Source: Chloropicon primus
Lineage: Eukaryota
Direction of reading: 5' to 3'
Assembly: GCA_023205875.1 (NCBI GenBank)
Contig: CP060768.1
Coordinates: forward strand, 248,001-312,000
Length of the DNA: 64,000 nucleotides
A model generated the notes under the pieces. That model was not told the DNA's origin. It was given only the letters and a program-made list of their open reading frames with translations, and ran no database searches. Positions 13,937 to 24,603 of this stretch are shown here, in pieces. The position numbers and the translations under genes were made by a program. Every line of letters starts with the position of its first letter. The stretch's first letter is position 1.

Positions 13937-15002
13937 ATGGCGGTCTCTTCTTGGCGTATGGATGTGCCAGGCCTTGACGGCAAGTGCGGCCAAGCTTCGC
14001 GCGCGGCGGCGGACCTCGCCCTCGGACAGGACGCCCTCCTCACCAACGCGGAGGTCACTCAAGCGAACTTTCCTCTCCCTGCCGTCCAAAACGTAAGTGT
14101 GTGTGTGTGGGGGGGTCTCTCTCTCTGTTCTCCTCCATAGATCAAGCCTTTCTGCTTCTGCTTCTGCTCGCTACGGCTTGCTTTGCTCCTCGACGAGCGG
14201 ATCGCCTGACCTCCACCTCAACCCTCTCTCTCTCTGTGTGTCTGTGTGTGTATCACTTGTTGCTGTTTCGCCATCGCCATTCGCGATCTATATCTATTAT
14301 TATTATTATCAGTTGGACCACTTCGGGAAGAAGGTGGAGGACCTGGTGAAGCCGGACCACGGAACGACGACGCTTGGGTTCATCTTCAAGAATGGCGTGA
14401 TCATAGCAGTGGACTCGCGGGCCTCGCAGGGCTCGTACGTCTCGTCCCAGACCGTGAAGAAAGTGATAGAGATCAACCCTTACCTGCTCGGTACCATGGC
14501 CGGTGGTGCGGCGGACTGCGCGTTCTGGCAGAGGAACCTCGGAATGCAGTGCCGGATGTTTGAACTGAAGAACAAGAAGAGGATCACGGTGTGCGCGGCG
14601 TCCAAGATGCTCGCCAACACCATGTACTCTTACAAGGGAATGGGACTCTCCATGGGTTCCATGGTCGCGGGCTGGGACCCCTCCGGGCCGGCCATCTACT
14701 ACGTGGACTCGGACGGCCAGAGGACCAAAGGAACGATCTTCTCCGTGGGGTCCGGCAGCCTGTACGCTTACGGCGTCCTCGACCAGGGCTACAAATGGGA
14801 TATGGACATCGAGACCGCGGTGGAGCTGGGACAGAGGGCGATCTACCACGCCCAGTTCAGGGACGCGGTGAGTGGTGGAACCTGCAGTGTGTACCATATA
14901 ACTCAAAGCGGGTGGGTTAAGCTTAGGGGCAACAACCATTATGATCTGCACTACCAGTATTATCCTGACGGTCACGCCACGTCGGCCAACAGCGTCATCT
15001 GA
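13937..15002 (+). CDS. PSMB5: 20S proteasome subunit beta type-5; exons 13937-14092, 14313-15002
   Basis: Propeptide then [53 protein letters not shown]. Catalytic Thr present. Confidence 0.96.
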
Positions 15003-15151
15003 GCCGGGCCGCCCGTGTGGTCGCGTTTTCGATGATGTCTCAGAGCTCCTTCGTGTAAGTTTGTAAAGATTACTTTTATTGCCATTCCCAAGTAGATTAC
15101 AGTATCAAGGGGTCCCTCTCTTCTGAAACGATGGACCTCTTGCTGTTGTTG

Positions 15152-16303
15152 TTACACACTTTCTCCGTACACTCGCTGCCAGAGGTGGCTCATCCTCTGC
15201 TTTTCCGCGTCGAACTTGCTCGGCTCGTTGAACACGTTCTCGAAGAGCTTGCAGGTGTTGTCGAAGAACATGAGGAACGTCTGCCTCGGCAGCTCCTTCC
15301 CGCCATCTTGGGACCTCCTTCCGTGGACGTGCTCCGCAAGATCGAGGGTGGACTGGGACTCCCTGTCCAGGTCGAGGGAGAACCAGTGCTGCTTGACGAG
15401 CTTGAAGAGGTCTTGGATCGTCCAGGGAGGGGGAACGGAGACCATCGACTCCCACTCCTTGGGCCCAAAATTTTCCTGAAACGTCTCCCTCACGAAGAGG
15501 GAGAGGCACCTCTGCAGAACCTCCAGCGTCTCGCCCGAGATCTCGGCCACCGACCTCGCGTCGAGGTTCCCCGAGGCTCGACGGGGAGCCGCCGAGAGAT
15601 CTCTCCCCCGCACGTCCGGCTCGACCGCCCGGACCGGAGGCCGCCCCGCTGCCAGGGCTGTTTCGAGGTTGGACCTTCTTCTAGCCTCGAGGTCCGCAAA
15701 GTCGAGGGCGTCCAAGGACGTGCAAGCGGCGACGCCGCACGCCCTGCTCTTCAGGCACAGGTTCCGGTCCCCCGTGAGGAGGACCACCACGTCGCCACCC
15801 CGGTTGCCATCCATCAGCATCTTTTGCTTCTGCAGCGTGCATTGGAGTATCAGGTCGTCGTTCGAGTGCCTCAGCCCTTGGACCCCGAAAACTCTGATCG
15901 CTTCCTTGAACTCGGCCATCGACTGGCCGAAAAAGCTCACGCCCGACCCCGCCGTCGTGAACGCCTCGTCGAGGTACTTCATCGCCGCCCTGGCCTGGAC
16001 GCGCTTTCCCTCGAGTTTGGACTGCTTCAGCCCGTCGAGCTCCGAAAGGACGGTCCAAGGGACGCACACTGCGACCGTCCAGCCCGCACTGCGGTTGCCG
16101 CTGCGGCCGAAATACGCCAGGCTTCGGCGAAAGGAGTCGAGGGACCGAGGTTCCACGAGGACGTTCGTGTCGAGCACGACGAACAGCGCGGGAGCCCCCG
16201 AGCCGCTCCGCCCGGTGCTTGCCTCCCAGCCCTTCCAATACGCGGGAGTCTCCACCCAATCCATGGCCTCCCCGTCCACGGCCTCATCGATGTCCATGTC
16301 CAT
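15152..16303 (-). CDS. PIN-domain endoribonuclease, SWT1-like
   Basis: VVLDTNVL, VPWTVLSELDGLK, SNDDLILQC, VVLLTGDRNLCLKS give the acidic PIN active-site pattern. Helical C-terminal domain follows. Confidence 0.85.
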   Translation of the reverse strand: MDMDIDEAVDGEAMDWVETPAYWKGWEASTGRSGSGAPALFVVLDTNVLVEPRSLDSFRRSLAYFGRSGNRSAGWTVAVCVPWTVLSELDGLKQSKLEGKRVQARAAMKYLDEAFTTAGSGVSFFGQSMAEFKEAIRVFGVQGLRHSNDDLILQCTLQKQKMLMDGNRGGDVVVLLTGDRNLCLKSRACGVAACTSLDALDFADLEARRRSNLETALAAGRPPVRAVEPDVRGRDLSAAPRRASGNLDARSVAEISGETLEVLQRCLSLFVRETFQENFGPKEWESMVSVPPPWTIQDLFKLVKQHWFSLDLDRESQSTLDLAEHVHGRRSQDGGKELPRQTFLMFFDNTCKLFENVFNEPSKFDAEKQRMSHLWQRVYGESV

Positions 16304-16817
16304 CCCGCACGGTCGTCGTCGTGCTCAGAGACGCCTCGAGCACGAGGGTGCCAACTCCAACAGCATCAGCAGCTTCATGACCTCACCAGACCGCCACCGT
16401 TTCCGAGCGTCACCCATCCATCCGAAGATCGAGAGGGAAAGACACCACTCGGCACGCTCCCGCACCCCGAAACTCCCCTCGACTGGGTCCAAACGAAAAA
16501 CCTTCGACGACCCCCCTCTCTCCTCTTGAGCTGCACTCTCTCTCCCAAGTTCCCCTGGTGTTCGAAAGGAACCAAGGCACCGATTCGCACGATCGAGTAG
16601 TCCAAAGAAAGAGAAAGAGATGATCTTCACATCTAAGTCCCGTCCTTCCCCCCTGCTTCACGATGCCGCCGCCCAGTCGCCACCAAAGGTCACCCACTCG
16701 CTCCTCCCTCCAGCCAATCTTTGATTCTTCAATCTTTGATTATTCTGCGAATCCTAGAGTTTATCGACCTCCAGACCTGAAGCATGTTTTGAGACACATG
16801 AAGCATTGGGCTGCGCA

Positions 16818-19473
16818 ATGGCGACCGCCATGGGTCCTCATGCATGCAAGGTGGAGTCCAAGTCACTCCTCCTTGCATTGGTTGTCCTCCTTGTGTCCTC
16901 CCTTTCGCCTCTAGAGGGGAGTCCTGTCAAGTATGACGCGACCAAAGTGGATGCAGGGTTCAGTGCGAGCCTGGCCGCGAATGAAACGTCTGGTGGACCT
17001 GTGTTTACGTCCGTCGCCTCTGCGGTGTCGAGGGAAAAGGAAATGCTCGAGATGGTGGCTTACAGGTAAGCAGTCTCCGCTTTCCTTTCACCAGCTTGTC
17101 GTCGTGTCTAATTCTTTTGCCTCCCTCTCCCCTCTCTCTCTCTGTCTGTCTGTCTCTCTCACGGCGCACACAAGGAACCCCAACCGCTGGGTGGTCAAGG
17201 TGAAGGCGCAGGACGAGGAGTCTGGTGGCCCCTCTTGCGGTGAGATCGTGTCGAAAATATGCCACGAGGAGGCGCCGCCCAGCAACGAGGACGCCACCTT
17301 CAGCGGGGAGTGCATCTGGGAGGATCTCGAGTCGTGCTTCTTCACCCTCGAGGCCGCGGGGGGGGAGGCCGACCTGGATCGCATGCTGCTGGCGTACGAC
17401 GAGTACATCGAGTTCGCGGAGAGGGACATGAGGGTCGTCATGGAGCAGCAGTGCTCGTACGCTTGGCCCCAGAATTCCAATGTCCCTTGGCACTTGGATA
17501 GGATCGATAGCGCGAGCGTCCAGCAGCCTCTCGACGGCGCGTTCCAGCCCCCCGAGTCGCTCTCTGGCGCCGGCGTTCACATCTACGTCCTAGACACTGG
17601 CTTGAGGGACACCCACGTGGAGTTCACGGGAAGGGTTGGGCTGGGAGCGAACGTCCTCCCCGGGGGGACGTCCCCTTACGACGATAACGGCCATGGGACC
17701 GCCGTCGCGAGCGTTGCTGCCGGCACGAGCAACGGGGTCTGCAAGTGCTGCATTGTCCACGGCATCAAGTGCTTGGATGGGAACGGGGACGGAAGCTACA
17801 CGGACGTGATATCGGGGCTGTACTGGGTCCAGAGGAACGCGGTCAGGCCCGCGGTGGCGAGCATGTCGCTCAGCGGGCCCACGAGCTTGGGCATCAATCA
17901 AGCCATCCAAGAGCTTTACGACGACGGGATACTCACCATAGCAGCAGCAGGAAACGAGAGGACGGATGCGTGCACAAAGTCTCCGGGGAGCTCGCCGTAT
18001 GCCGTCACGGTGGGGGCAAGCGACCTGAGCGCGTCGAACCAGGACATCATGTCCGATTTCAGCAACTACGGGCAGTGCGTGAACATTTACGCGCCAGGCA
18101 GCGGAGTGCGCACCGCGGACTACAGTGGAGATCTCATGACCACCACAAAAGCAGGGACATCGTTCAGTGCCCCGGCGGTGGCTGGGGCGGCGGCCCTGTA
18201 CCTCTCCTCCTATCCCGATTCCACGCCGGAGACCCAGCACCAGAAGGTCACGGAGGCTTCCACGGCCGCGCCAAGCATCGAGAGCGGCGCGAGGCTCCTG
18301 AACCTCAGGGTCCTGGATGTCTGCGCGCCGGAAGAGGACGCGGTTCAGTGCCGGGTAAGTGAATGGTCCGACTGGTCGCCTGCCTGCCCGGCTTCCAACG
18401 GGGAGTGTGGTCGGCCGACCCAAAGGAGGTCCAGGACAATCTTGGAGGAGGCTTCCTGCGGAGGAAACGTGTGCCCGGCCACCCAGGATGTCAGATACTG
18501 CCCCGGGGACTACACCCCGTGTCCCTCCGCGTTTCCAACGCAGTGGTTCGGAACAAGCGACCAGAACGAGCGCCCGGCCACGGATTTGGACATCTCTGGC
18601 AGGACCATCAAGTACGACGCTGATGGCTCGAGCGGCTTTTCTGCCTGCATCGACGACCACTTTGGGTACGACCCCCTGGAGGACTTCTCCCAAGCGACCA
18701 AGCTGGACATGGGTGACGACAGCTTCGTTGAGATCACGCTCGGTGACGCAGGGTTCCCTTACCTTGGAGAAACCAAGACCGTTATTTACGTCGGCAGTAA
18801 CGGTTACGTCACGCTCGATCAAGGGGATTTCTCGTACATGATCGGGGAGGTGGAGCAGCAGAGTCAAGGATCGAGGTCGATGCTTCAAGTGCAGAACAAA
18901 TCGGTGGCGATAAAGAGCTCCTTCGCTCACATCGAGGAGGACATCAAGAGAATGATGATCAGCTCGAACATCGAGGGCCATGATCAGTTCGTGACGAAGA
19001 CTGCCCCTCATTGGCTGAGGCAGAGGATCTCGGCGCTGTTCCAAGACCTGAACCCGACCCTAGCTGGAAGCCATGGGGTCTACTTTCAGGCCAAAGGGCA
19101 GGGAACAAGGGACAGCAGGCTTGTGGTCACGTACGACAGGGTGCCTCTGTGGGGGATGAGCGAGGAGACCAACACCTTCCAGGTCGTCATGTACACGGAC
19201 GAGAGTTCGCAGCCTGGAACAATAAAGCTGTGGTGGGGAGTGATCTCCGGGGTCTACAGGCCCTTGGTCGGGGTCAGCCCAGGCAGCATGCCGGCCGATC
19301 AGATCGAAACCGATCTGGTTCCCGACCTTGGAACGTGCAACGGGGAGGCCTTGCCAATCTTGCCCCCCCCTCCGCCTCGACGGGTCGAGTCATTCGCGCG
19401 ACCGGACCCGCCTTCGTCGGGAGGGGGATTCTTTGACTTCCTCGCGCCCTTCTTGGGAGGAACGTCGTTTTAA
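16818..19473 (+). CDS. Secreted subtilisin (S8, proteinase K-like) with TSP1 and NIDO-like domains; exons 16818-17065, 17175-19473
   Basis: Signal peptide LLLALVVLLVSS. Triad VLDTG / NGHGT / AGTSFSAP, oxyanion AAGN. TSP1 CRVSEWSDWSPAC...RRSR. NIDO-like DDSFVEI..FPYLG..IYVGSNGYVT..NTFQVV. Confidence 0.9.
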
Positions 19474-19555
19474 CCTTGACTGAAGTCCCTTGCCCGGAAC
19501 TAAATTATACATGGAGCCGTTTGCGCCTTTCCTTATTTATTTACGATTTTTAAAC

Positions 19556-21508
19556 CTACATAGCCCCGGAATCCAGCCTCTTGAAGTAGTCGCTGATCGA
19601 CAGAGTCTTCGTGCCCTTCGCGGCGCTGCTTCCCATGGTAGACAACAGAAGCTTCGTTCGCTGAGTTGGCTTCTTCAGCAGCTTCAAATCCACCTTGAAA
19701 TCAATCTCAAGTCCGGGGAACTTTGCTCGCTGGCCTTCGCTCTCCCTCTCCCTGTCCTCCACGCCCTCCTCCACGATGACCAATTCTTTCTCCACAGACT
19801 TGTCGTCGTCCACCTTCTTGTCGCCGAGCCCTTTCTTCATGGCCCAGCTCAAGGGTGCGGTGGGGCGGCGCGAGAACGGGTCTGCCTTCTTCTCCACGGA
19901 CTTCCTCCTGTTCTGCTTCTGCTCCTTCTCCTTCTCCTTTGCCCTCTCAAGCATGGCTTCGAAGTTCTGGTTCACGTTTCTTTCGTTGATCTCCGCCATT
20001 CTCCTCGCCCTCGACTCTCTCTGGCCCTTCCTGATGGCGTGCTCCTTCTCCAGCTTCTCCAGCTCTACCTTGTACTTGGCCTCGCCCTCTGCATCCCCCT
20101 TCTCCCTGGCGATTTCGAGCCTGGCCTCCAAGTCCTGCTTCTTGAAAGCGTAACTCAGCGTCTTCCTTCCTCCGCCCTTTTCTATCTTCCGCCAGACGTC
20201 CGCGGCCGAGTACCTGAACTCCTCCGCCGCCTTCTGGGACTCTTGGGCCTTCCTCACGTCCGACCTCATGGGGGGCCTCTCCCTCGCCTTCTTGCACTCC
20301 TCGCAGTACTTCTCAAACTCCTCGCTTTCGAGCATCTTGGTGGACACGAGGCTCATGGGGAACGTCGCCTCGGCGCTCCCGATTCTCAGCTTGACCCACT
20401 TGTTCGTCTCCACCAGAACCTCCTTGCCCGTCTTCAGCACCGCTGCCATCTCGTAGGGCGACCTCGTGGACGTCTTGTCCCCCTTGAATATCTGGTACTT
20501 TCCCGGCTTCCTCTCCACGACCTCCAAAACTTGCGCCAGCCGGTACACGGTCAGCAGACTCCCGTCGGCCGGGTTCACCACCGTGCCCATGCCGATCTTG
20601 AGGAACTGGTCCATCATCACATTCTCGAAGAAGGGCTCGTTTATCCACTCCACGATCTTGTTCCTCGTCAGCATGATGTCCCTCATCTCATCAATGGAGG
20701 CCTCCACGTCCTCGTCGAGCTCGCCGTCCTCCAAGTCCCTCCTCCCCCTCTTGCCCTTCCTCTTGGCGGGTCCCCCCCTGCCCCTCCTCGACGACCTCCC
20801 GTAACCCTCCTCGTCCGAGTAGTAGTCGTCGTACTCGTCCGAGTAGTCGTCGTACTCCTCGTACTCGATCTCGCGGTCGTCGTCCAGAACGGTGTCCAGG
20901 GCGTCCCTCGCCAGCTTCTTCTTGTCCCTCCTGGCGACCAGGGCGTTCAGGGCGTTCTTCCTCTTGTCCTGCGTGGTCTTCTTGCCGCCCTTCTTCGCGG
21001 TCTGAGACCTGGTCTCGCGCATCTTGGCCTCCTTCTTCTCGTCCCGAGCCGCCTTCAGGCTCAGCATGATCTCCTTCTGCCTCCGCAGCTCGTCCCTCTT
21101 CTCCTGCCTGTCGTACAGCTCCATCTCCCTGTCGAGCTCGTTCATCGCCATCAGCCGCTTGCGATCCTCGGCGTCCCCCATGAGATCGTCGTCGTACCCG
21201 TCGTCGTAGTCGGCCAGGTTGAACTCGACGCTCTCGCTCTCGCTCTCGCTCTCCTTGGCCTTGGCCTTGGACGACTTTCGCTTCCTCGTCCTCGGAATCT
21301 CGTCCTCCTCCTCGTCCTCCTCGTCCTCCGTGTCCTCGTCCTCGTCCTCATCCTCGTCGCTCCCATCAAAGTCGTCCTCGTCCTCGTCCTCGTCGCTCGT
21401 GTCCGCCAGGGTGGACGCCTTCTTGCCCCTCTTCCTCTTGCCCGCTACCGGCGCCTCCTCGTCCTCCCCCCCCATCAGGCCAAGGATATCATCGTCCAAA
21501 CTCGTCAT
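19556..21508 (-). CDS. RTF1: PAF1 complex subunit RTF1 (Plus3 domain; plant VIP5)
   Basis: DGYDDDLMGDAEDRKRLMAMNELDREMEL, Plus3 region LTRNKIVEWINEPFFE...YRLAQV...TNKWVKLR, late DPFSRRPT motif. Confidence 0.92.
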   Translation of the reverse strand: MTSLDDDILGLMGGEDEEAPVAGKRKRGKKASTLADTSDEDEDEDDFDGSDEDEDEDEDTEDEEDEEEDEIPRTRKRKSSKAKAKESESESESVEFNLADYDDGYDDDLMGDAEDRKRLMAMNELDREMELYDRQEKRDELRRQKEIMLSLKAARDEKKEAKMRETRSQTAKKGGKKTTQDKRKNALNALVARRDKKKLARDALDTVLDDDREIEYEEYDDYSDEYDDYYSDEEGYGRSSRRGRGGPAKRKGKRGRRDLEDGELDEDVEASIDEMRDIMLTRNKIVEWINEPFFENVMMDQFLKIGMGTVVNPADGSLLTVYRLAQVLEVVERKPGKYQIFKGDKTSTRSPYEMAAVLKTGKEVLVETNKWVKLRIGSAEATFPMSLVSTKMLESEEFEKYCEECKKARERPPMRSDVRKAQESQKAAEEFRYSAADVWRKIEKGGGRKTLSYAFKKQDLEARLEIAREKGDAEGEAKYKVELEKLEKEHAIRKGQRESRARRMAEINERNVNQNFEAMLERAKEKEKEQKQNRRKSVEKKADPFSRRPTAPLSWAMKKGLGDKKVDDDKSVEKELVIVEEGVEDRERESEGQRAKFPGLEIDFKVDLKLLKKPTQRTKLLLSTMGSSAAKGTKTLSISDYFKRLDSGAM

Positions 21509-21800
21509 CTTCCCCTCCTTCGGCTCCTTCCTCTTCCTCTTCTTCCTCTGCTGCTGCTGCTACTGCTAGGGCTGGCTGGCTGGCTCTGTGTGTGTGTGTC
21601 CGGTGTGTCACTTGCACAGGCAAGCCAAAACCAATTCAAGTGCTAGGGAGATCTCCTCCTTCGTCTCGTCTGACCCTTCGAGGGTGGAATCAATCGAAAG
21701 GGATCTTCGCACAACAATCTCCTTCGAATGCCTCCACAGAAGAGAGAAACGAGAACCAACTCAAGCGCTGCGGATGAGATGACACAGTAGTGGAGGATCT

Positions 21801-21831
<31 letters not shown>

Positions 21832-23266
21832 TCAAACTCCCTTGGCTGCTCTGTCGTTTTCTCTGACACTCCGGGTGCCAAATGTTTCGTCCGAGGTGTC
21901 GCCGGAAAGATCTCGAGCTCTAGTTTCGAAATCCGTCGCCCCCTCGTCACCTCGCAGTCCCCCACTCGTCGAGAATCTCCCCCTCCGAACCCAAACCCCT
22001 CCCCTGAACCAAAGACACGACAAAAGAAACGAGTCATCAGTCTCGCGAATCCTCAAAACGAAGCCATTCTTCCCCAAACAACGCATCATTCGAAAGATCG
22101 CGAGGAGACGCTTCCGAATATTCCATCCGTCGCGGCAACCCGAACCCCTCCCGCCGCCCACGCTCCGCCAAACTCACCTCACTCTTCCCTCGTCTCGACC
22201 GCCCCGCCGAAAACCTCTTGTTCCTGGCGCCCAGGAGTTACACCCATTTCGACACGCCCCATACACTAAACCAATATTCTTTCAAAGACATCATGACTCT
22301 GTCGAACGACACCCAACGAAATGAGGAACACATAATCCTTACAAGACATTCATTATACAATCCAAAAATTTTGTTCGACAATATATCCTAAAATAGGAGT
22401 CACTTATACTGGGATTCACCCCAAAACGATCGCTCCCCCTTCGTGTACATACTCCATGTTTCTCTCTAAAGCGAAAGGATTTTCTTCTCCGAGGGTAACG
22501 TCTCTTCTTTCCTGCTTTCTTGGCCCTCAGTTCCAGATCAAAATACCTTTTGGACAAGATCAGTGTAGATATCGCGTCTTGGGTTTTGATTTCGTGTGGA
22601 TGAGATGAGGGTAAGGTCAAAAGAAGGGAAACACGAGCGCGCGCTCTTCTCAACAACGAGGTGAGTTTTCGACGACGTAATGGTTCACAAACGTGACGTT
22701 GTTGGGATCAACGCAACCGGCTTCCAAAGCTCTTTCGAAAGAGCCCTCGCTCGTCTCCAGGGACCCACGGACGAGGATGAAGACACCGGAAAACCTGACG
22801 GAAAATCTTTTCCTTTTGTCTTTGTTTCTTTTGCTCTTGCTTGGGCCCTCCTGTGCAGCGGTTTGTGAGGCAAAGAGGTGGGTTGCGAATCGTCCGTTCT
22901 GCCTTGATCGTCTTCGCCTCGTCCCGCTCTTTCGAAAGACCCCGCGAACGCTCGACTGACTGGACGGATTCAATTCATTTTCATTTTCATTTTCGTTTCG
23001 TCATCCCTTCACGGCTGGGCTCTGCTCTCCTCTCCTCGCAGTGAAGACCAGTTTTTATTCGCTCGAGCTGCTAGAGACTTGCACGTCGTCGGGACTTGGT
23101 TCGTTCGTTTGCTTTTTTTTCTTCTTCATCTTCATCTTTTTCAAGCGAAGGAAGCTCCTCGAGAGACGGCTAGTCGGCATCCATCCTACGAGCGCCGTCG
23201 TCGTCGTCGTCCTCGTGTCCTCTATCAGATCTATATATAACAGGAGCGGAAGGGTCGGACGTGATC

Positions 23267-24475
23267 ATGATGGAAGAGCAGAACGACAAGGCGGAGGGGT
23301 CGAGTGGGAGAGGGGCCGTCTCGGAGGACAGCGGGGGGCAGGAGGCGATCACGAATATGTGCGTTCTCCTCGTGGAGGACGACGCCGTGGCGAGGAAGTG
23401 CGCGGAAGCGGCGCTGAGGAGTTGCGGGTACAGGGTTATCGCCGCGGAGAACGGGAGGGAGGCGCTCGACATCCTCAAGTCCAAGGAGGCGGAGAAGATT
23501 GACATGATATTGACCGATATTCTTATGCCGGAGGTGAGCGGGCTCCAGCTCCTCGACAACGTGGTCCACTCGAACAAGTGGAAGAAGCTCCCGGTGACCG
23601 TGATGAGCAGCCAAGATAGCATAGACACCGCCGCAAAGTGTATCCAGAAGGGGGCGGTAGAGTTCCTGGCCAAGCCGGTGAGGAAGCACAAGCTGTCGAA
23701 CCTTTGGCAGCACGTCCTGAGGAGGAAAGCCGCGAGCGACGGTTCCGGCGACGAGGAGAAGACCACCACGATGACTGACGATAAGAAACAGGCGGAGGTG
23801 TCGGTGAACAATCCGAACCAAGCCATGCAGATCCCGCCTCAGCTTCTCGGGGGCATGCTGCCCCAGTGGGCGAACCAGCTGCCGCAAGCCATAGTGGAGA
23901 TCGCGTTCAAGTCCAACGAACAGCTGAGCAATGTGAAGAAGGTCACCCCGGCGGGAGCTGCCGCCATCGCGGCCACGGTGGACCCGGCCCTCCACCACTC
24001 CAACAGCTGCTCGGCTTTCAGCGCCTTCATACGCTGCAGGGAGGGCGACGGCGGTATCCCCTCGACCTCTGGGAACATGATGACTTTCGGGAACCCCGCG
24101 GCCCTCGCCGGGGTCTTGCCGCACCCCTTGCAAGTGAGCAACTTGAACATCGTGCAGCAGCACTCTGGAGGGTTCAGGGGGAGCGGCATGCTGACCTTGC
24201 AAGACCTCAGCGGAATGAGGAAGGGCAACGAGGGGGCGACGGAAAGGAGGGCGGAGGCGATCAGGAAGTTCAGGGAGAAGAAGAAGGCGAGGACGTTCAA
24301 GAAGAAAGTTCGCTACGAGTCACGAAAGAGGCTTGCCGAGGCGCGGCCAAGGATCAAGGGGCAATTCGTGAGGCCCGAAGTCGCCGCGGCCGCGGCGGCC
24401 GCCGCTGCTGCCGCGGGTGTCGCCGCCGGCGTCGCCGCGAAAGCGGAGTCGCAGCAGGTCGACAACGGTGATTAA
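23267..24475 (+). CDS. Circadian response regulator, PRR/TOC1 family (receiver + CCT)
   Basis: Receiver VLLVEDD...DMILTDILMPEVSG...VMSSQD...GAVEFLAKPVRKHKLSNLWQHV. Central HSNSCSAFS motif. CCT domain RRAEAIRKFREKKKARTFKKKVRYESRKRLAEARPRIKGQFVR. Confidence 0.93.
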   Translation: MMEEQNDKAEGSSGRGAVSEDSGGQEAITNMCVLLVEDDAVARKCAEAALRSCGYRVIAAENGREALDILKSKEAEKIDMILTDILMPEVSGLQLLDNVVHSNKWKKLPVTVMSSQDSIDTAAKCIQKGAVEFLAKPVRKHKLSNLWQHVLRRKAASDGSGDEEKTTTMTDDKKQAEVSVNNPNQAMQIPPQLLGGMLPQWANQLPQAIVEIAFKSNEQLSNVKKVTPAGAAAIAATVDPALHHSNSCSAFSAFIRCREGDGGIPSTSGNMMTFGNPAALAGVLPHPLQVSNLNIVQQHSGGFRGSGMLTLQDLSGMRKGNEGATERRAEAIRKFREKKKARTFKKKVRYESRKRLAEARPRIKGQFVRPEVAAAAAAAAAAAGVAAGVAAKAESQQVDNGD

Positions 24476-24603
24476 AGACAAGAGTGTAACAACCTTTTTT
24501 TGGATCATCAAGGATTTATGAAACACAACGGAGACGGAACCCTTTCTCTTCTTGTTATTATTACTGTACACAAAAGCCCATACTGGTGTACTCGCTGCTA
24601 GCT

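Noticed and set aside
21509..23266. Expected evening element upstream of the PRR gene
   Set aside because: No AAAATATCT seen. Only AACAATCT at 21713-21720 (closer to RTF1) and GAAAATCT near 22801, too weak to call.
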